Source: Thermoanaerobaculia bacterium (lineage in GTDB: Bacteria > Acidobacteriota > Thermoanaerobaculia > Multivoradales > DATKCC01). Taken from it: a stretch of DNA of 64,000 nt. The stretch is from NCBI GenBank assembly GCA_033762835.1, contig JANRLG010000189.1, positions 12,185 to 76,184 of the forward strand. The letters are read 5' to 3'. The notes beneath the pieces were generated by a model. It saw only the letters and a program-made list of their open reading frames with translations, did not search any database and was not told the origin of the DNA. The translations under genes were made by a program, and so were the position numbers. Below are positions 12,725-21,794 of this stretch, piece by piece. Numbering within the stretch: the first letter of the stretch is position 1; each line of letters opens with the position of its first letter.

Positions 12725-14431
12725 ATGGTTCGACGCGTAAGCCTCGTCTGCCTCGTCCTGTTCCTGGGTCTGAGCACGGCGGCCGCGGTCGCCCAGCCGA
12801 TTCCGCCCGGAGAATGCACCGGAGGCGGCTCCGCCAGTGCTCACAACTGCGGCGATTGGAGCGGTTGGGCCAAAACCCTGCCGGGGACCATCTGCACGAT
12901 GAACGTCGGCAATGCCGACTTCCTCGCCGAGCTGGTCGGAGGCTACAAGTTCAAGCTGCGCAGCTGCAGCGAGGCCAATGCCCGGGTCGGGATGCTCGAG
13001 GGAACCAGCTGTGACGTCGTCAACATCATCGAGCTCAACTCCGACGAACAGTGTGCTTGCGCGTGCGACCCGGACCCGTTCAACTTCTGGTGCCGGAACG
13101 CCAAGTACCCCTACGACCCCGAGCGCTGCAATCTGTGCCGCGGCTGCCAGCCGCCGGACGATGAAAACGACACGGGCTCCTGCGTCGACCAGGCGCGGGT
13201 CTTTTGTCCGGAGCCGGACTTCGAGGTCAGCTGCACGAACGCCGTGATGAACGAAATCTCCGTCGGCTGCGACTGCATGTGCCGCCGCAAGTGGCCCTGT
13301 GCCGGCCCTCTCCCGCGGTGCGAGCGTAAGGTGGTGCGGGCGACAGACAGCCGCTGCGACCCGGGTAACTACGCCACCTGCCAGCGCTGCGACTACGACG
13401 GCGACGGCAGCTTCGACTTCGGCTCCTGCGTGGCTCATCCCTCCCATTGCAACGGCGTGGAGGGGTTCATCGATCGCGACGACTGCTTCTATCGCTGCAA
13501 CACACCGGTCGTCCAGGGGGCGGCTCAGTTCATCGCGAGCGCCGCGGTGCAGACCATCTCGGGGGATTTCAACTGCTACATCGGCGATCCGGGCTGGTTC
13601 TACAACCCCTTCGGCGAGTGCCCGTGGGCTCAGAATCCTCCCGCCACCGACTTCGGTCTGGAGATTTGCCCCGTCTCGCAAGGGACCACGATCACGGGCC
13701 AGATCGTCGACTTCGTCCTCTCCAACTCCTGCGGTTGCTCGGAGCAACAGAACCTTGGGTCGACCGGGGATCATCAGTCGATCGCCCTCGTGCCGAGCGC
13801 CACGACTTGGTTCGGACCCGCGCAGGTGGGTACCAGCGCGGTGAGTGCTTCGAACTGTGCCGACCCTGGACAGAGCAACACCTCGGACTTCCTGGGCGGG
13901 GCCGTCGCCTGCCCGACGGCCCTCAACGGGCAGATTTTGGGGTCGTGCCGCGGCGACGGCGTGACCTCCACGACGCTGCGCTACACCGCCCTCGTCGAAG
14001 CCTGCCAGCCCAGCACGGCGCGTCCGCCGAAAGTCTTGGTCTGCGAGACGGCGACCACGAGTGCCGGCGCCTTCTGTTCCGGTGAAGCCAGCGGTACGGG
14101 CTGGATTCGGGTCGTCAATGGAGACGCCATCGCCGGTGCCTCGGCCAGCTGCTCGGATACCTCGGCCCGCAGCGTCGATGCGGAGACGACCACGCTTTCG
14201 ACGATCGAAACTCCGACCGTCGTCGATTTGCCCGGCGTCGGACGGGTCTACCGGATCGAGCGGGCGGCGTCTCGAGATCGCCGCGCGGGATGTTCCGCAC
14301 CGAGCTCGCCCCCGACTCCCTGCACGGTCGAACCGGTTCATCCGTCTTCGATGTCATTCGAAGCCGGAGCTTTCGTCCCGATGGAACAGGACTCCGTTTG
14401 CGTTCACGTGGACGACCCGTCCAACCTCTGA
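12725..14431 (+). CDS. Secreted cysteine-rich hypothetical protein (568 aa)
   Basis: GGAGGT SD, Sec signal (..AAAVA|Q), about 43 Cys by hand count, GC3-biased codons. Confidence 0.8.
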   Translation: MVRRVSLVCLVLFLGLSTAAAVAQPIPPGECTGGGSASAHNCGDWSGWAKTLPGTICTMNVGNADFLAELVGGYKFKLRSCSEANARVGMLEGTSCDVVNIIELNSDEQCACACDPDPFNFWCRNAKYPYDPERCNLCRGCQPPDDENDTGSCVDQARVFCPEPDFEVSCTNAVMNEISVGCDCMCRRKWPCAGPLPRCERKVVRATDSRCDPGNYATCQRCDYDGDGSFDFGSCVAHPSHCNGVEGFIDRDDCFYRCNTPVVQGAAQFIASAAVQTISGDFNCYIGDPGWFYNPFGECPWAQNPPATDFGLEICPVSQGTTITGQIVDFVLSNSCGCSEQQNLGSTGDHQSIALVPSATTWFGPAQVGTSAVSASNCADPGQSNTSDFLGGAVACPTALNGQILGSCRGDGVTSTTLRYTALVEACQPSTARPPKVLVCETATTSAGAFCSGEASGTGWIRVVNGDAIAGASASCSDTSARSVDAETTTLSTIETPTVVDLPGVGRVYRIERAASRDRRAGCSAPSSPPTPCTVEPVHPSSMSFEAGAFVPMEQDSVCVHVDDPSNL

Positions 14432-14438
14432 GCGCCCC

Positions 14439-14467
14439 TTGACGACCCGCGCCTCGCGAGCTATCGT
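14439..14467 (+). promoter_or_regulatory. Promoter of tRNA-Gln
   Basis: TTGACG(14439-14444)-17 nt-TATCGT(14462-14467). Confidence 0.6.
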
Positions 14468-14478
14468 TCTGCGTCCGT

Positions 14479-14552
14479 TGGGAGATCGTCTAACGGCAAG
14501 ACATGCGGCTCTGGACCGCAGAATCGGGGTTCGAATCCCTGTCTCCCAACCA
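14479..14552 (+). tRNA. tRNA-Gln (anticodon CTG)
   Basis: Acceptor TGGGAGA/TCTCCCA, anticodon arm TGCGG-CTCTGGA-CCGCA, GGTTCGAATCC T-arm, encoded CCA. Confidence 0.96.
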
Positions 14553-14568
14553 AGTGTTCTGAAGCAAT

Positions 14569-14590
14569 CGGCCGGCCGTGAGGCCGGCCG
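14569..14590. repeat. Hairpin CGGCCGGCC-GTGA-GGCCGGCCG (single REP-like unit or terminator)
   Basis: Perfect 9-bp stem, identical to the stems at 21685 and 47525; lies between convergent genes. Confidence 0.6.
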
Positions 14591-14634
14591 TCGTGTTCAG
14601 GCCGCTTTCCTACCTGGGCCCGTCAGCAGGGCCG

Positions 14635-15027
14635 TCAAGCACTGAACTTTCGCTCGATCTCGGCGAGGAACGCACTCGCCAACGAGACGAAATCATCCCG
14701 ACGGATGCGGATCTCGTCTCCTGCTCGGTATTTGAGGATCGAGGCTTCGGGGCGCAGCTTGATGTTGTCGAGCGGGCGGAACTTGCCCTCGTTTTCGAGC
14801 AGCGACGAACAGAGGACGCGGACTTCGTTCAGCGGGTTGCCGTCCTTGCCCTCCACGGTGCGCAGGCGGTGGACGAAGCAGTAGTCGAGGATCAGCACCC
14901 AGTGGTTGAAGTACGGCACCTCGAGACCGGGGCGGGCTGCCGCGTCGTCGAAGTCGGCCACGGCCGCCTCGAAACGGACACGACAACGGTCGATGTAGTC
15001 TTGCGGATAGGTTTTCACTCCAAGCAT
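14635..15027 (-). CDS. Hypothetical protein (130 aa), putative ECF41 target
   Basis: GGAGG SD, protein-like composition, ECF41-type promoter upstream. Confidence 0.8.
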   Translation of the reverse strand: MLGVKTYPQDYIDRCRVRFEAAVADFDDAAARPGLEVPYFNHWVLILDYCFVHRLRTVEGKDGNPLNEVRVLCSSLLENEGKFRPLDNIKLRPEASILKYRAGDEIRIRRDDFVSLASAFLAEIERKFSA

Positions 15028-15046
15028 CTCGCACCTCCGTCCTCAA

Positions 15047-15072
15047 GACGGATCGGGCGCGGGAGATGTGAC
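15047..15072 (-). promoter_or_regulatory. ECF41-type promoter
   Basis: GTCACA-16 nt-CGTC on the minus strand. Confidence 0.75.
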
Positions 15073-15091
15073 GAACCCCCATCCGTCGGCT

Positions 15092-15976
15092 TCACATCGC
15101 GGGTTCGTCGAGGACTTCGACCGGCAAGCTCGCCAAGACTTCGGAATCGGCGATCAGGTCGATCGCGAGGATTCGGCCCGCCACGACCGTGAAGCGGAAG
15201 ATCACGCGCGGCACGCCGCCCGCGAGCCAAGCGGCGCCCACCTGGCCGTCCAGCAGCGCCAACTGCGCCGCGCGGGCTCGGCCGCGGAACGTCTCGGCCA
15301 CGGCGCGCGCGCCCAACACCAAGGCTTCGCCGCCCATACGCACGACCGTGGCGTCCGCTCGAATCACGGCCTCCGGATCGAGCACGGCCAACAAGGCATC
15401 GAGGTCCCCGCGGCGGGAGGCCGCGAGGAACGCTGCCACGAGCTCTGTTTGCCGGGCACGATCGGCGCGCGGCGCCATCGCCGCGAGACGGAGCTGTCGC
15501 CGTGCGCGGCTCGCCAGCTGCCTGGCCGCGGCCGGAGAACGCTCGACGATCGCGGCGATCTCCTCGAAGGGGACGGCGAACAGATCGTGCAGCACGAAGG
15601 CCACCCGCTCAGCGGGCGTGAGGGACTCGAGCAGGACGCCGAGAGCCAGGCCCAAAGACTCGCCGAGGAGCGCCTCTTCCTCGGGCGTCGTCAGCTCGAG
15701 ATCGACGGCGAAGCCCGGGTCGGATTCCATCTCCAGAGACTCCTCGGCGCGCGAGCGCCGCGAGCGCAACAGGTCCAGGCAGATTCGGGCCGTGACGGCC
15801 GTCAGCCACGAGCCGAGGTTTTGGATGTTCGCATCGCCCGTGCGTGCCAGCCGAAGCCATGCTTCCTGCACGGCGTCTTCCGCCTCGGTGGCAGAACCGA
15901 GAATGCGCCCGGCGAGACCTTCGAGCCGAGCCCGTTGGTCTTCGAAGCGCTCCGCCAAACCCTCGCCTAGGACCAT
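15092..15976 (-). CDS. ECF sigma factor with C-terminal SnoaL-like extension (ECF41/SigJ-like)
   Basis: AEDAVQEAWLR, LTPAERVAFVLHDLF, AARQLASRAR, FLAASRRGDLDALLAVLDP. Confidence 0.9.
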   Translation of the reverse strand: MVLGEGLAERFEDQRARLEGLAGRILGSATEAEDAVQEAWLRLARTGDANIQNLGSWLTAVTARICLDLLRSRRSRAEESLEMESDPGFAVDLELTTPEEEALLGESLGLALGVLLESLTPAERVAFVLHDLFAVPFEEIAAIVERSPAAARQLASRARRQLRLAAMAPRADRARQTELVAAFLAASRRGDLDALLAVLDPEAVIRADATVVRMGGEALVLGARAVAETFRGRARAAQLALLDGQVGAAWLAGGVPRVIFRFTVVAGRILAIDLIADSEVLASLPVEVLDEPAM

Positions 15977-15978
15977 CC

Positions 15979-16004
15979 GTCACAAACCTCCGGGCTGCTC
16001 CGTC
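15979..16004 (+). promoter_or_regulatory. ECF41-type promoter
   Basis: GTCACA(15979-15984)-16 nt-CGTC(16001-16004). Confidence 0.75.
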
Positions 16005-16058
16005 GTTCGAGAAAGGCCCGCCCATGGGAGGGCGGCCCGACACCCGAGGAGAGGGAAC

Positions 16059-16505
16059 ATGCGTTTTGCCAACTTCCGCACGATCACCTACTGGACCGCC
16101 ACCGCGGCCACCGCCTTCGTCCTGGCCTCTGGCGGTATTGCCTACCTCGTCGGTGCCGAGATACCGGTGCGCGGCATGATCGAGCTGGGATACCCGCCGT
16201 ACTTTGTCGGAATTCTAGGCTTTTGGAAGCTGCTTGGCGCGGCGGCGCTGCTGGTTCCGCGCGCTCCGCGGCTCAAGGAGTGGGCCTACGCCGGCGTCGC
16301 CTTCGACTTGACCGGTGCCGCGTTCTCGCACTTCTCCGTCGGCCACGCGCCGGCCAAGGTCGCGATGCCGTTGGTCCTACTTATGGTCGCGGTCGTATCG
16401 TGGGCATTCCGGCCCCCGAGTCGGCGCCTCGGCGCAGGCTCGCGGACTCTCTTGATCGAAAAAGGCGGCGTGGCGGTTTCCGAGGGTGCTCTGATAGCCT
16501 CCTGA
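16059..16505 (+). CDS. DoxX-like family membrane protein
   Basis: LGYPPYF.ILGFWKLLG, RLKEWAYAG; four TM segments. Confidence 0.88.
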   Translation: MRFANFRTITYWTATAATAFVLASGGIAYLVGAEIPVRGMIELGYPPYFVGILGFWKLLGAAALLVPRAPRLKEWAYAGVAFDLTGAAFSHFSVGHAPAKVAMPLVLLMVAVVSWAFRPPSRRLGAGSRTLLIEKGGVAVSEGALIAS

Positions 16506-16507
16506 GA

Positions 16508-18205
16508 ATGATCCGCAAAGCCGCGCTCTCCTTGCTCGCAGGTCTCGTCCTCGGGACTTCGGCCCTGCAGGGCCTGTCCACTCCCGCGCCCCACGGGACC
16601 GGGGGTGCCGTGTCCTCGGACGATCTTCCCGCCACCCGTGCGGGGCTCGCGATTCTCGCCGCGGGGGGCAACGCGGTCGACGCCGCGGTGGCGACGGCCT
16701 TGGCCTTGGCCGTGACCTTCCCCGAGGCGGGCAATCTCGGCGGCGGTGGATTCGCGGTCGTACGGATGGGTGGCGAAGTGGTGACGCTCGATTTCCGCGA
16801 GGTGGCGCCGGGGGCGGCGACACGCGACATGTACCTCGGGCCGGACGGCGAGCCCATCGCGGAGAAGTCGCTCGTCGGCGGGCTCGCGGTCGGTGTGCCG
16901 GGCTCGCCGGCTGGGCTCTATGAGCTGCACAAGCGTTTCGGTCGCCTGAGCTTCCGCCAGGTAGTGGCCCCGGCCGTGGCACTGGCCCGCGGCGGTTTCG
17001 TCGTGGATGAGAACTTGGCCGCCCAGGTGACTGCCGAGCGCGAGCTGCTGGCGCGCTTCCCGGAAACGGCGGCGGTGTGGTTGCCGAACGGCAAACCCGT
17101 CGCGGCCGGCACTTGGTTGGCGTTTCCCGATCTCGCAGCGACGCTCGAGGCCTACGGCGAACGGGGGCCGACCGCGATCACCACTGGTCCGGTGGCGGAA
17201 CGGGTGGTGGCGGTGGCCCGGCGCCACGGCGGTATTCTCACGACCGGGGACCTCGCCGCCTACCGCCCCGAGTGGCGCGAACCGATTCGCTTCTCGGCTT
17301 TCGGCTGGAGCTGGGCTTCAATGGACTTGCCGTCGTCCGGCGGGGTCATTTTGGGCCAAGTCTCCCAGGTCCTCGAGAAGCTTGGCTGGGCCGGCGAGCC
17401 CCGTTTCGGTGCCCGTCGGGTTCACCTCATGGTCGAAGCCCTCCGTGGCGCCTTCGCCGACCGTTTCCGGCTCGGTGACCCCGCGGTCGCCGAGGCGGCC
17501 ACGGCGGACTTGCTGGCGCCGGACTGGATCACGACGCGGGTCGGTCGCATCGATCGCGGTCGGGCGAGGGACTCCCGCGAGGTCGACGCGATTCCACCGC
17601 GCCCCGGGCGCGAGGGCACGGAGACCACCCACCTCTCAGTTATCGACCGCGACGGCAACGCCGTGGCCCTGACCACAACCTTGAACGACATTTTCGGCTC
17701 GCGGGTCTGGGTGCCCGGCTTTGGCTTCCTGAACGACGAGATGGACGACTTCGCCGCGCGTCCCGGGCGGCCCAACGACTTCGGGCTCGTGCAAGGGGAA
17801 GCCAACGCCGTGCGGCCGGGCCGCCGGATGTTGTCGTCCATGAGCCCGACGCTGCTTTGGCGGGAAGACGGCGAGTTGATCGCCGCGGGTGGTCGCGGTG
17901 GCTCGCGGATACCCACGCACACCCTGAACGTCCTGCTCAACTTGATCGTCGACGGTGATCCCCTCCAGGCCGCCCTCGACCGGCCGCGCGTCCACCACCA
18001 ATGGTTGCCGGACGAGATCCAGGTCGAAGCCGACGCCTTCGCGCCGGAAACCCGCGAGGCCCTCGAGAAGATGGGCCACCGCGTGGCGATCAAGGGCCGT
18101 CAGGCGCGGGTCAACGTCGTGCGACGGCTGGCCGACGGCACCTTCGAAGCCGGTGCCGACCCGAAGAGCCCGGGTGGCGGCGGCATCGTGGCCCCGCGTA
18201 GGTAG
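16508..18205 (+). CDS. ggt: Gamma-glutamyltransferase
   Basis: GGNAVDAAVA, GNLGGGGF, DFREVAP, ETTHLSVID nucleophile, NDEMDDF, SSMSPT. Confidence 0.95.
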   Translation: MIRKAALSLLAGLVLGTSALQGLSTPAPHGTGGAVSSDDLPATRAGLAILAAGGNAVDAAVATALALAVTFPEAGNLGGGGFAVVRMGGEVVTLDFREVAPGAATRDMYLGPDGEPIAEKSLVGGLAVGVPGSPAGLYELHKRFGRLSFRQVVAPAVALARGGFVVDENLAAQVTAERELLARFPETAAVWLPNGKPVAAGTWLAFPDLAATLEAYGERGPTAITTGPVAERVVAVARRHGGILTTGDLAAYRPEWREPIRFSAFGWSWASMDLPSSGGVILGQVSQVLEKLGWAGEPRFGARRVHLMVEALRGAFADRFRLGDPAVAEAATADLLAPDWITTRVGRIDRGRARDSREVDAIPPRPGREGTETTHLSVIDRDGNAVALTTTLNDIFGSRVWVPGFGFLNDEMDDFAARPGRPNDFGLVQGEANAVRPGRRMLSSMSPTLLWREDGELIAAGGRGGSRIPTHTLNVLLNLIVDGDPLQAALDRPRVHHQWLPDEIQVEADAFAPETREALEKMGHRVAIKGRQARVNVVRRLADGTFEAGADPKSPGGGGIVAPRR

Positions 18206-18216
18206 GTCGCTTGCCG

Positions 18217-19206
18217 ATGCCCACCAGTCTCGTCACCGGCGGCGCCGGATTCCTGGGGTCTCACGTCGCCGAGGAGCTCCTCGCCCGCGGCCACCGGGTG
18301 GTGGTGCTCGACGACCTTTCGGGCGGTTTCGCGGACCACGTGCCCGCGAGTGCCGAACTCGTGGTGGGCTCGATTCTCGATGCCGCGCTGGTCGAGACGC
18401 TCTTCGCCCGCCACCGCTTCGACCACGTCTTCCACCTTGCCGCCTACGCTGCCGAGGGGCTGTCGCACTTCATCCGCCGGTTCAACTACGACAACAATTT
18501 GGTCGGGTCGGTCCAACTGATCAACCAGGCCGTGCGCTCGAAGGTCCGGACCTTCGTCTTCACCTCCTCGATCGCCGTCTACGGCCGCAACCAGTTGCCG
18601 ATGCACGAGGACACCCCGCCTTGCCCCGAGGACCCCTACGGCATTGCCAAGTACGCCGTGGAGCTCGACCTCAAGGCCGCTCACGAGCTCTTCGGGCTCG
18701 ACTGGATCATCTTCCGGCCCCACAACGTCTACGGCGAGCGCCAGAACATCGGCGATCGCTATCGCAACGTCGTCGGCATTTTCATGAACCAGATCCTCGC
18801 CGGGGAGCCCCTGACCGTGTTCGGGGACGGCGAGCAGACCCGCGCTTTCAGCCACGTCGCGGATGTCGCCCCGGTGATCGCCCGCTCGGTCGACGTGCCG
18901 GCGGCCAAGAACCGCGTCTTCAACGTCGGGGCCGACCAGCCGGTGACGGTGAACGAGCTCCTGCGCGTGGTGGCCGCGGAGTTCGCGGTGACTCCCACGG
19001 TCTCGTACCTGCCGGCCCGCAACGAAGTCGTCCACGCCTGGGCGGACCACGGCCGCGTGCGGGAAGTCTTCGGCACTGCCGAACCCGTCGGGCTCGAGGA
19101 AGGCATCCGCCGCATGGCCGCCTGGGTGCGCCAGCACGGCGCGCGGGCGACCCCCCGCTTCGAGGCCCTCGAGATCACCGAGAATCTGCCGCCGGCTTGG
19201 CGCTGA
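18217..19206 (+). CDS. NAD-dependent epimerase/dehydratase (GalE-like extended SDR)
   Basis: TGGAGFLGS, YGIAK, RPHNVYG. Confidence 0.9.
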   Translation: MPTSLVTGGAGFLGSHVAEELLARGHRVVVLDDLSGGFADHVPASAELVVGSILDAALVETLFARHRFDHVFHLAAYAAEGLSHFIRRFNYDNNLVGSVQLINQAVRSKVRTFVFTSSIAVYGRNQLPMHEDTPPCPEDPYGIAKYAVELDLKAAHELFGLDWIIFRPHNVYGERQNIGDRYRNVVGIFMNQILAGEPLTVFGDGEQTRAFSHVADVAPVIARSVDVPAAKNRVFNVGADQPVTVNELLRVVAAEFAVTPTVSYLPARNEVVHAWADHGRVREVFGTAEPVGLEEGIRRMAAWVRQHGARATPRFEALEITENLPPAWR

Positions 19207-19209
19207 GGG

Positions 19210-21786
19210 TCACGGGTAATACCCCGCCAGGGTCTTCGCTTCGAGCCCCGGGCGACTCACCTCGACCTTCACGGCCCGGAACTGGTCCTTCCCCGTGGCC
19301 GTGGAGCTGTAGGCAAGCAGGTATTGGCTCCGCAGCTCACCTTCGATCGTTTCGTAGACGTTGGGCAAGGCGGTCGTGCGTTCGATGAAGAAGGCGCGAC
19401 CGCCGGTCTCGTCGGCGAGGCGTTGCAGGGTCATCCGGGCTTCCGCCTGGGACGACAGGATGTTGAGGCCGATCGTGTAGACCGCGACCCCCGTGCGGCG
19501 GGCGAAGTCGAGGGCGGCGGGAAAGCGGTAGCGGCTGCGCGAGTCGGCGCCGTCGGTCAGGAGGATCAGTGCCCGTTTGCCGCGAATGCCCGACAGGTAG
19601 TGGAGACCGAAAACGACGGCGTCGTGGAGCGCCGTCTCGCCCTCGGCGCGCACCCCGCCGATGCTCTGAGCGAGCAGACTCGGGTCCGCCGTGAAGCGGG
19701 CCACGAGCTCCGGGCGATCGGCGAAGGTGACGACGGCAGCGCGATCCCGCGGAGTAAGCACTTTGTCGAAGAACGTCTGCGCCGCCTGCAACGCCGCCGG
19801 TAGCTCTTCCGCCATCGACGACGAGGTGTCGAGCAGGAGCGCGGCGTGGACGGGTACGTCCCGCGCCCACTCGAAGCGTTCGATCGTCTGGGGCGCGCCG
19901 TCCTCTGCGATCTTGAAGTCCGCCGCCGTCAAACCCTCCACGGGCCGGCCCCGCCGGTCCACCACTGTCGTGTACAGCTCGACCAGCTCGACATCCACCT
20001 CCGCCAGGTAGGGCGGCGGGTTGACCGTCACCAAGTCCTCGGCCGTGGTGCCGCCCGCGAGGTGAGCCACCGCCCGGAGGAACACCGGCGCGCCCCCAGG
20101 CGGCAGCAGCACTGGGAGGACGAAGGGCGGCTCGTAGAACGTGGCGATCGGCTCCTCGCCACGGAACAACTCGAGCCGTTCGAGCACCTCGCCCTCGGGC
20201 ACCGTCACCTGCAACACTGCCCGGACGCTTGTTTCCGCTTTCGTGCCGCGGCGTGGTTCGACGAACCGCACGTCGAAGCGGTGGGGGCCGGCGTTCAACG
20301 GCAACTCGTCGCGCGCCAGCACCCGGCCCTCGGCACTCTCCGCCTGGGCCTCGAGCCGAAACACCCGGGGAGCGTCACCAAGGGCGATTTCGACGCTCCA
20401 GGGTGGCGACGCCTTCTTGAGGACCGGCTTGCCGTCGAGCAGGAAGGCCACCCGCGCCACGCCCGTGCCGCCGACCTTGGCTTCGACGCGCAATTTTCCG
20501 GTGCGCAAGCCCGGGGCCGGTGAAAGCAACTCCAGGGTGACGTCGGACGAGCCGATGGCGGCATCGGCCTCGGCCAGAACGGGCGCTACCGCGGCCACGG
20601 ACAAAGCGGGCGGATCGAGGGGCGGGCTCGCCGGCTGGCTGGGAACCTGGAGCGTCTCCTCGTGGCGGAAGAATGCCGTGCCAGCCACGTCCTCGACCCG
20701 CAGCACCAGCCGATACTCCCCCGGCCGTAATCGCCTCTGGACGACGAGCGGCAGCGGGCCCGTGCCGTCCTCGGCCGCGAAGTCGAAGCGGTAGCGGAAG
20801 CGGTCGAACAGCTCGTCTCCGCGCAGGATTTCGCCTTCGACCTGGAAATGATGGGAGCGCCGCCCCCCGAGCTCGGCCACCGTGGCAGCGGTTCGATCGA
20901 TCCCCAGCACCACCTGGAGCACCGTGCGGGCGCCCTCGCGCCCCGGGTACCCGACGCGCACCTCGGCCGGCAGCACCCGGGCTCCCGCGGGCAGGTCGGT
21001 GGTGGTGGCCAGGAAGGTCGCCAGCCACTCGGGGCTCGTCAGGCGTCCGGGCAGGGCGCCGCGGCGTTCCAGCTCCGCGAAGTCCGTGGCGCTGCCCAGG
21101 GCCTCGACCAGCGCACTACCTCGCGGACAGATTTCGGCCAGCTTCTGCAGGACCTCGCCCTCGCCACCGAGAGCGACAGCACCGGGCGCCAGCAGCCCGG
21201 CGAGCCCGCCGGAGGGCAACCAGAGACGGTAACCGTCCCCGCCACCGGCGCGCAGAAAGAGCAACGAGAAGCCGCCCCGGCGGCCGACGTCGTAACGCCA
21301 GACCTCGAGCGCCCGCACCGCGTCGCCACAGCCCGCTGGCCAACGCCGCGCCGGCGGACCGAGCAGCAAAAAGGCCCGCGGGCGGTCCCCGTCGAGGGTC
21401 TCGAAGGCCTCCCGGGCCAGCTTCACCCGCTCCCGCCAGGTGTCCTCCAGCTCGTTGCGCGGCGTCTCCGGGAACGGATCACGCACCCGCCAGAAACGGC
21501 GGATGAACTCGTCCCGTTGGTGATCGCGGCCAAGGCCACGAAAGGCGTTCGTCTCCGCCTCGGTCAGAAGTGGCGCGGCTTCTTCCAGGAACTCGCGGTG
21601 GCGGGGCGGCAGGGAATTTCCGATAGCCGGAAGAGCGGCGAAGAGAGCAAACAGGAGGACGCCTCGCCGAAACCAGGGCGGGCTCGGCCGGCCTGAAGGC
21701 CGGCCGCTACCCCGGAAGTTCTTGATTCTCCTGAGGTAGCGGCCGACCTTCAGGTCGGCCGTGGTAGGGGTTCGATGGGCCACCAC
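19210..21786 (-). CDS. Exported GWxTD-like + Ig-like + VWA domain protein (start uncertain)
   Basis: FIRRFWRVRDP..NE, MIDAS DTSSSM, LTDGAD, ELRSQYLLAY; nearest canonical start is GTG 21786/21783. Confidence 0.8.
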   Translation of the reverse strand: MVAHRTPTTADLKVGRYLRRIKNFRGSGRPSGRPSPPWFRRGVLLFALFAALPAIGNSLPPRHREFLEEAAPLLTEAETNAFRGLGRDHQRDEFIRRFWRVRDPFPETPRNELEDTWRERVKLAREAFETLDGDRPRAFLLLGPPARRWPAGCGDAVRALEVWRYDVGRRGGFSLLFLRAGGGDGYRLWLPSGGLAGLLAPGAVALGGEGEVLQKLAEICPRGSALVEALGSATDFAELERRGALPGRLTSPEWLATFLATTTDLPAGARVLPAEVRVGYPGREGARTVLQVVLGIDRTAATVAELGGRRSHHFQVEGEILRGDELFDRFRYRFDFAAEDGTGPLPLVVQRRLRPGEYRLVLRVEDVAGTAFFRHEETLQVPSQPASPPLDPPALSVAAVAPVLAEADAAIGSSDVTLELLSPAPGLRTGKLRVEAKVGGTGVARVAFLLDGKPVLKKASPPWSVEIALGDAPRVFRLEAQAESAEGRVLARDELPLNAGPHRFDVRFVEPRRGTKAETSVRAVLQVTVPEGEVLERLELFRGEEPIATFYEPPFVLPVLLPPGGAPVFLRAVAHLAGGTTAEDLVTVNPPPYLAEVDVELVELYTTVVDRRGRPVEGLTAADFKIAEDGAPQTIERFEWARDVPVHAALLLDTSSSMAEELPAALQAAQTFFDKVLTPRDRAAVVTFADRPELVARFTADPSLLAQSIGGVRAEGETALHDAVVFGLHYLSGIRGKRALILLTDGADSRSRYRFPAALDFARRTGVAVYTIGLNILSSQAEARMTLQRLADETGGRAFFIERTTALPNVYETIEGELRSQYLLAYSSTATGKDQFRAVKVEVSRPGLEAKTLAGYYP

Positions 21787-21794
21787 GGCCGACC
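21684..21794. repeat. REP/BIME-like inverted palindrome doublet, copy 1, plus an adjacent hairpin
   Basis: CGGCCGGCC-TGAA-GGCCGGCCG-CTAC ... GTAG-CGGCCGACC-TTCA-GGTCGGCCG; near-identical inverted copy at 47468-47547. Confidence 0.8.

Noticed and set aside
12725-14431. Multiheme cytochrome or RiPP precursor
   Set aside because: No CxxCH motifs, too long for a RiPP precursor, and no modifying enzymes nearby
14479-16505. Integrative element at tRNA-Gln
   Set aside because: No integrase and no duplicated tRNA 3' end noticed in the window
21684-21794. CRISPR array
   Set aside because: Inverted palindromes without regularly spaced direct repeats and unique spacers; no cas genes
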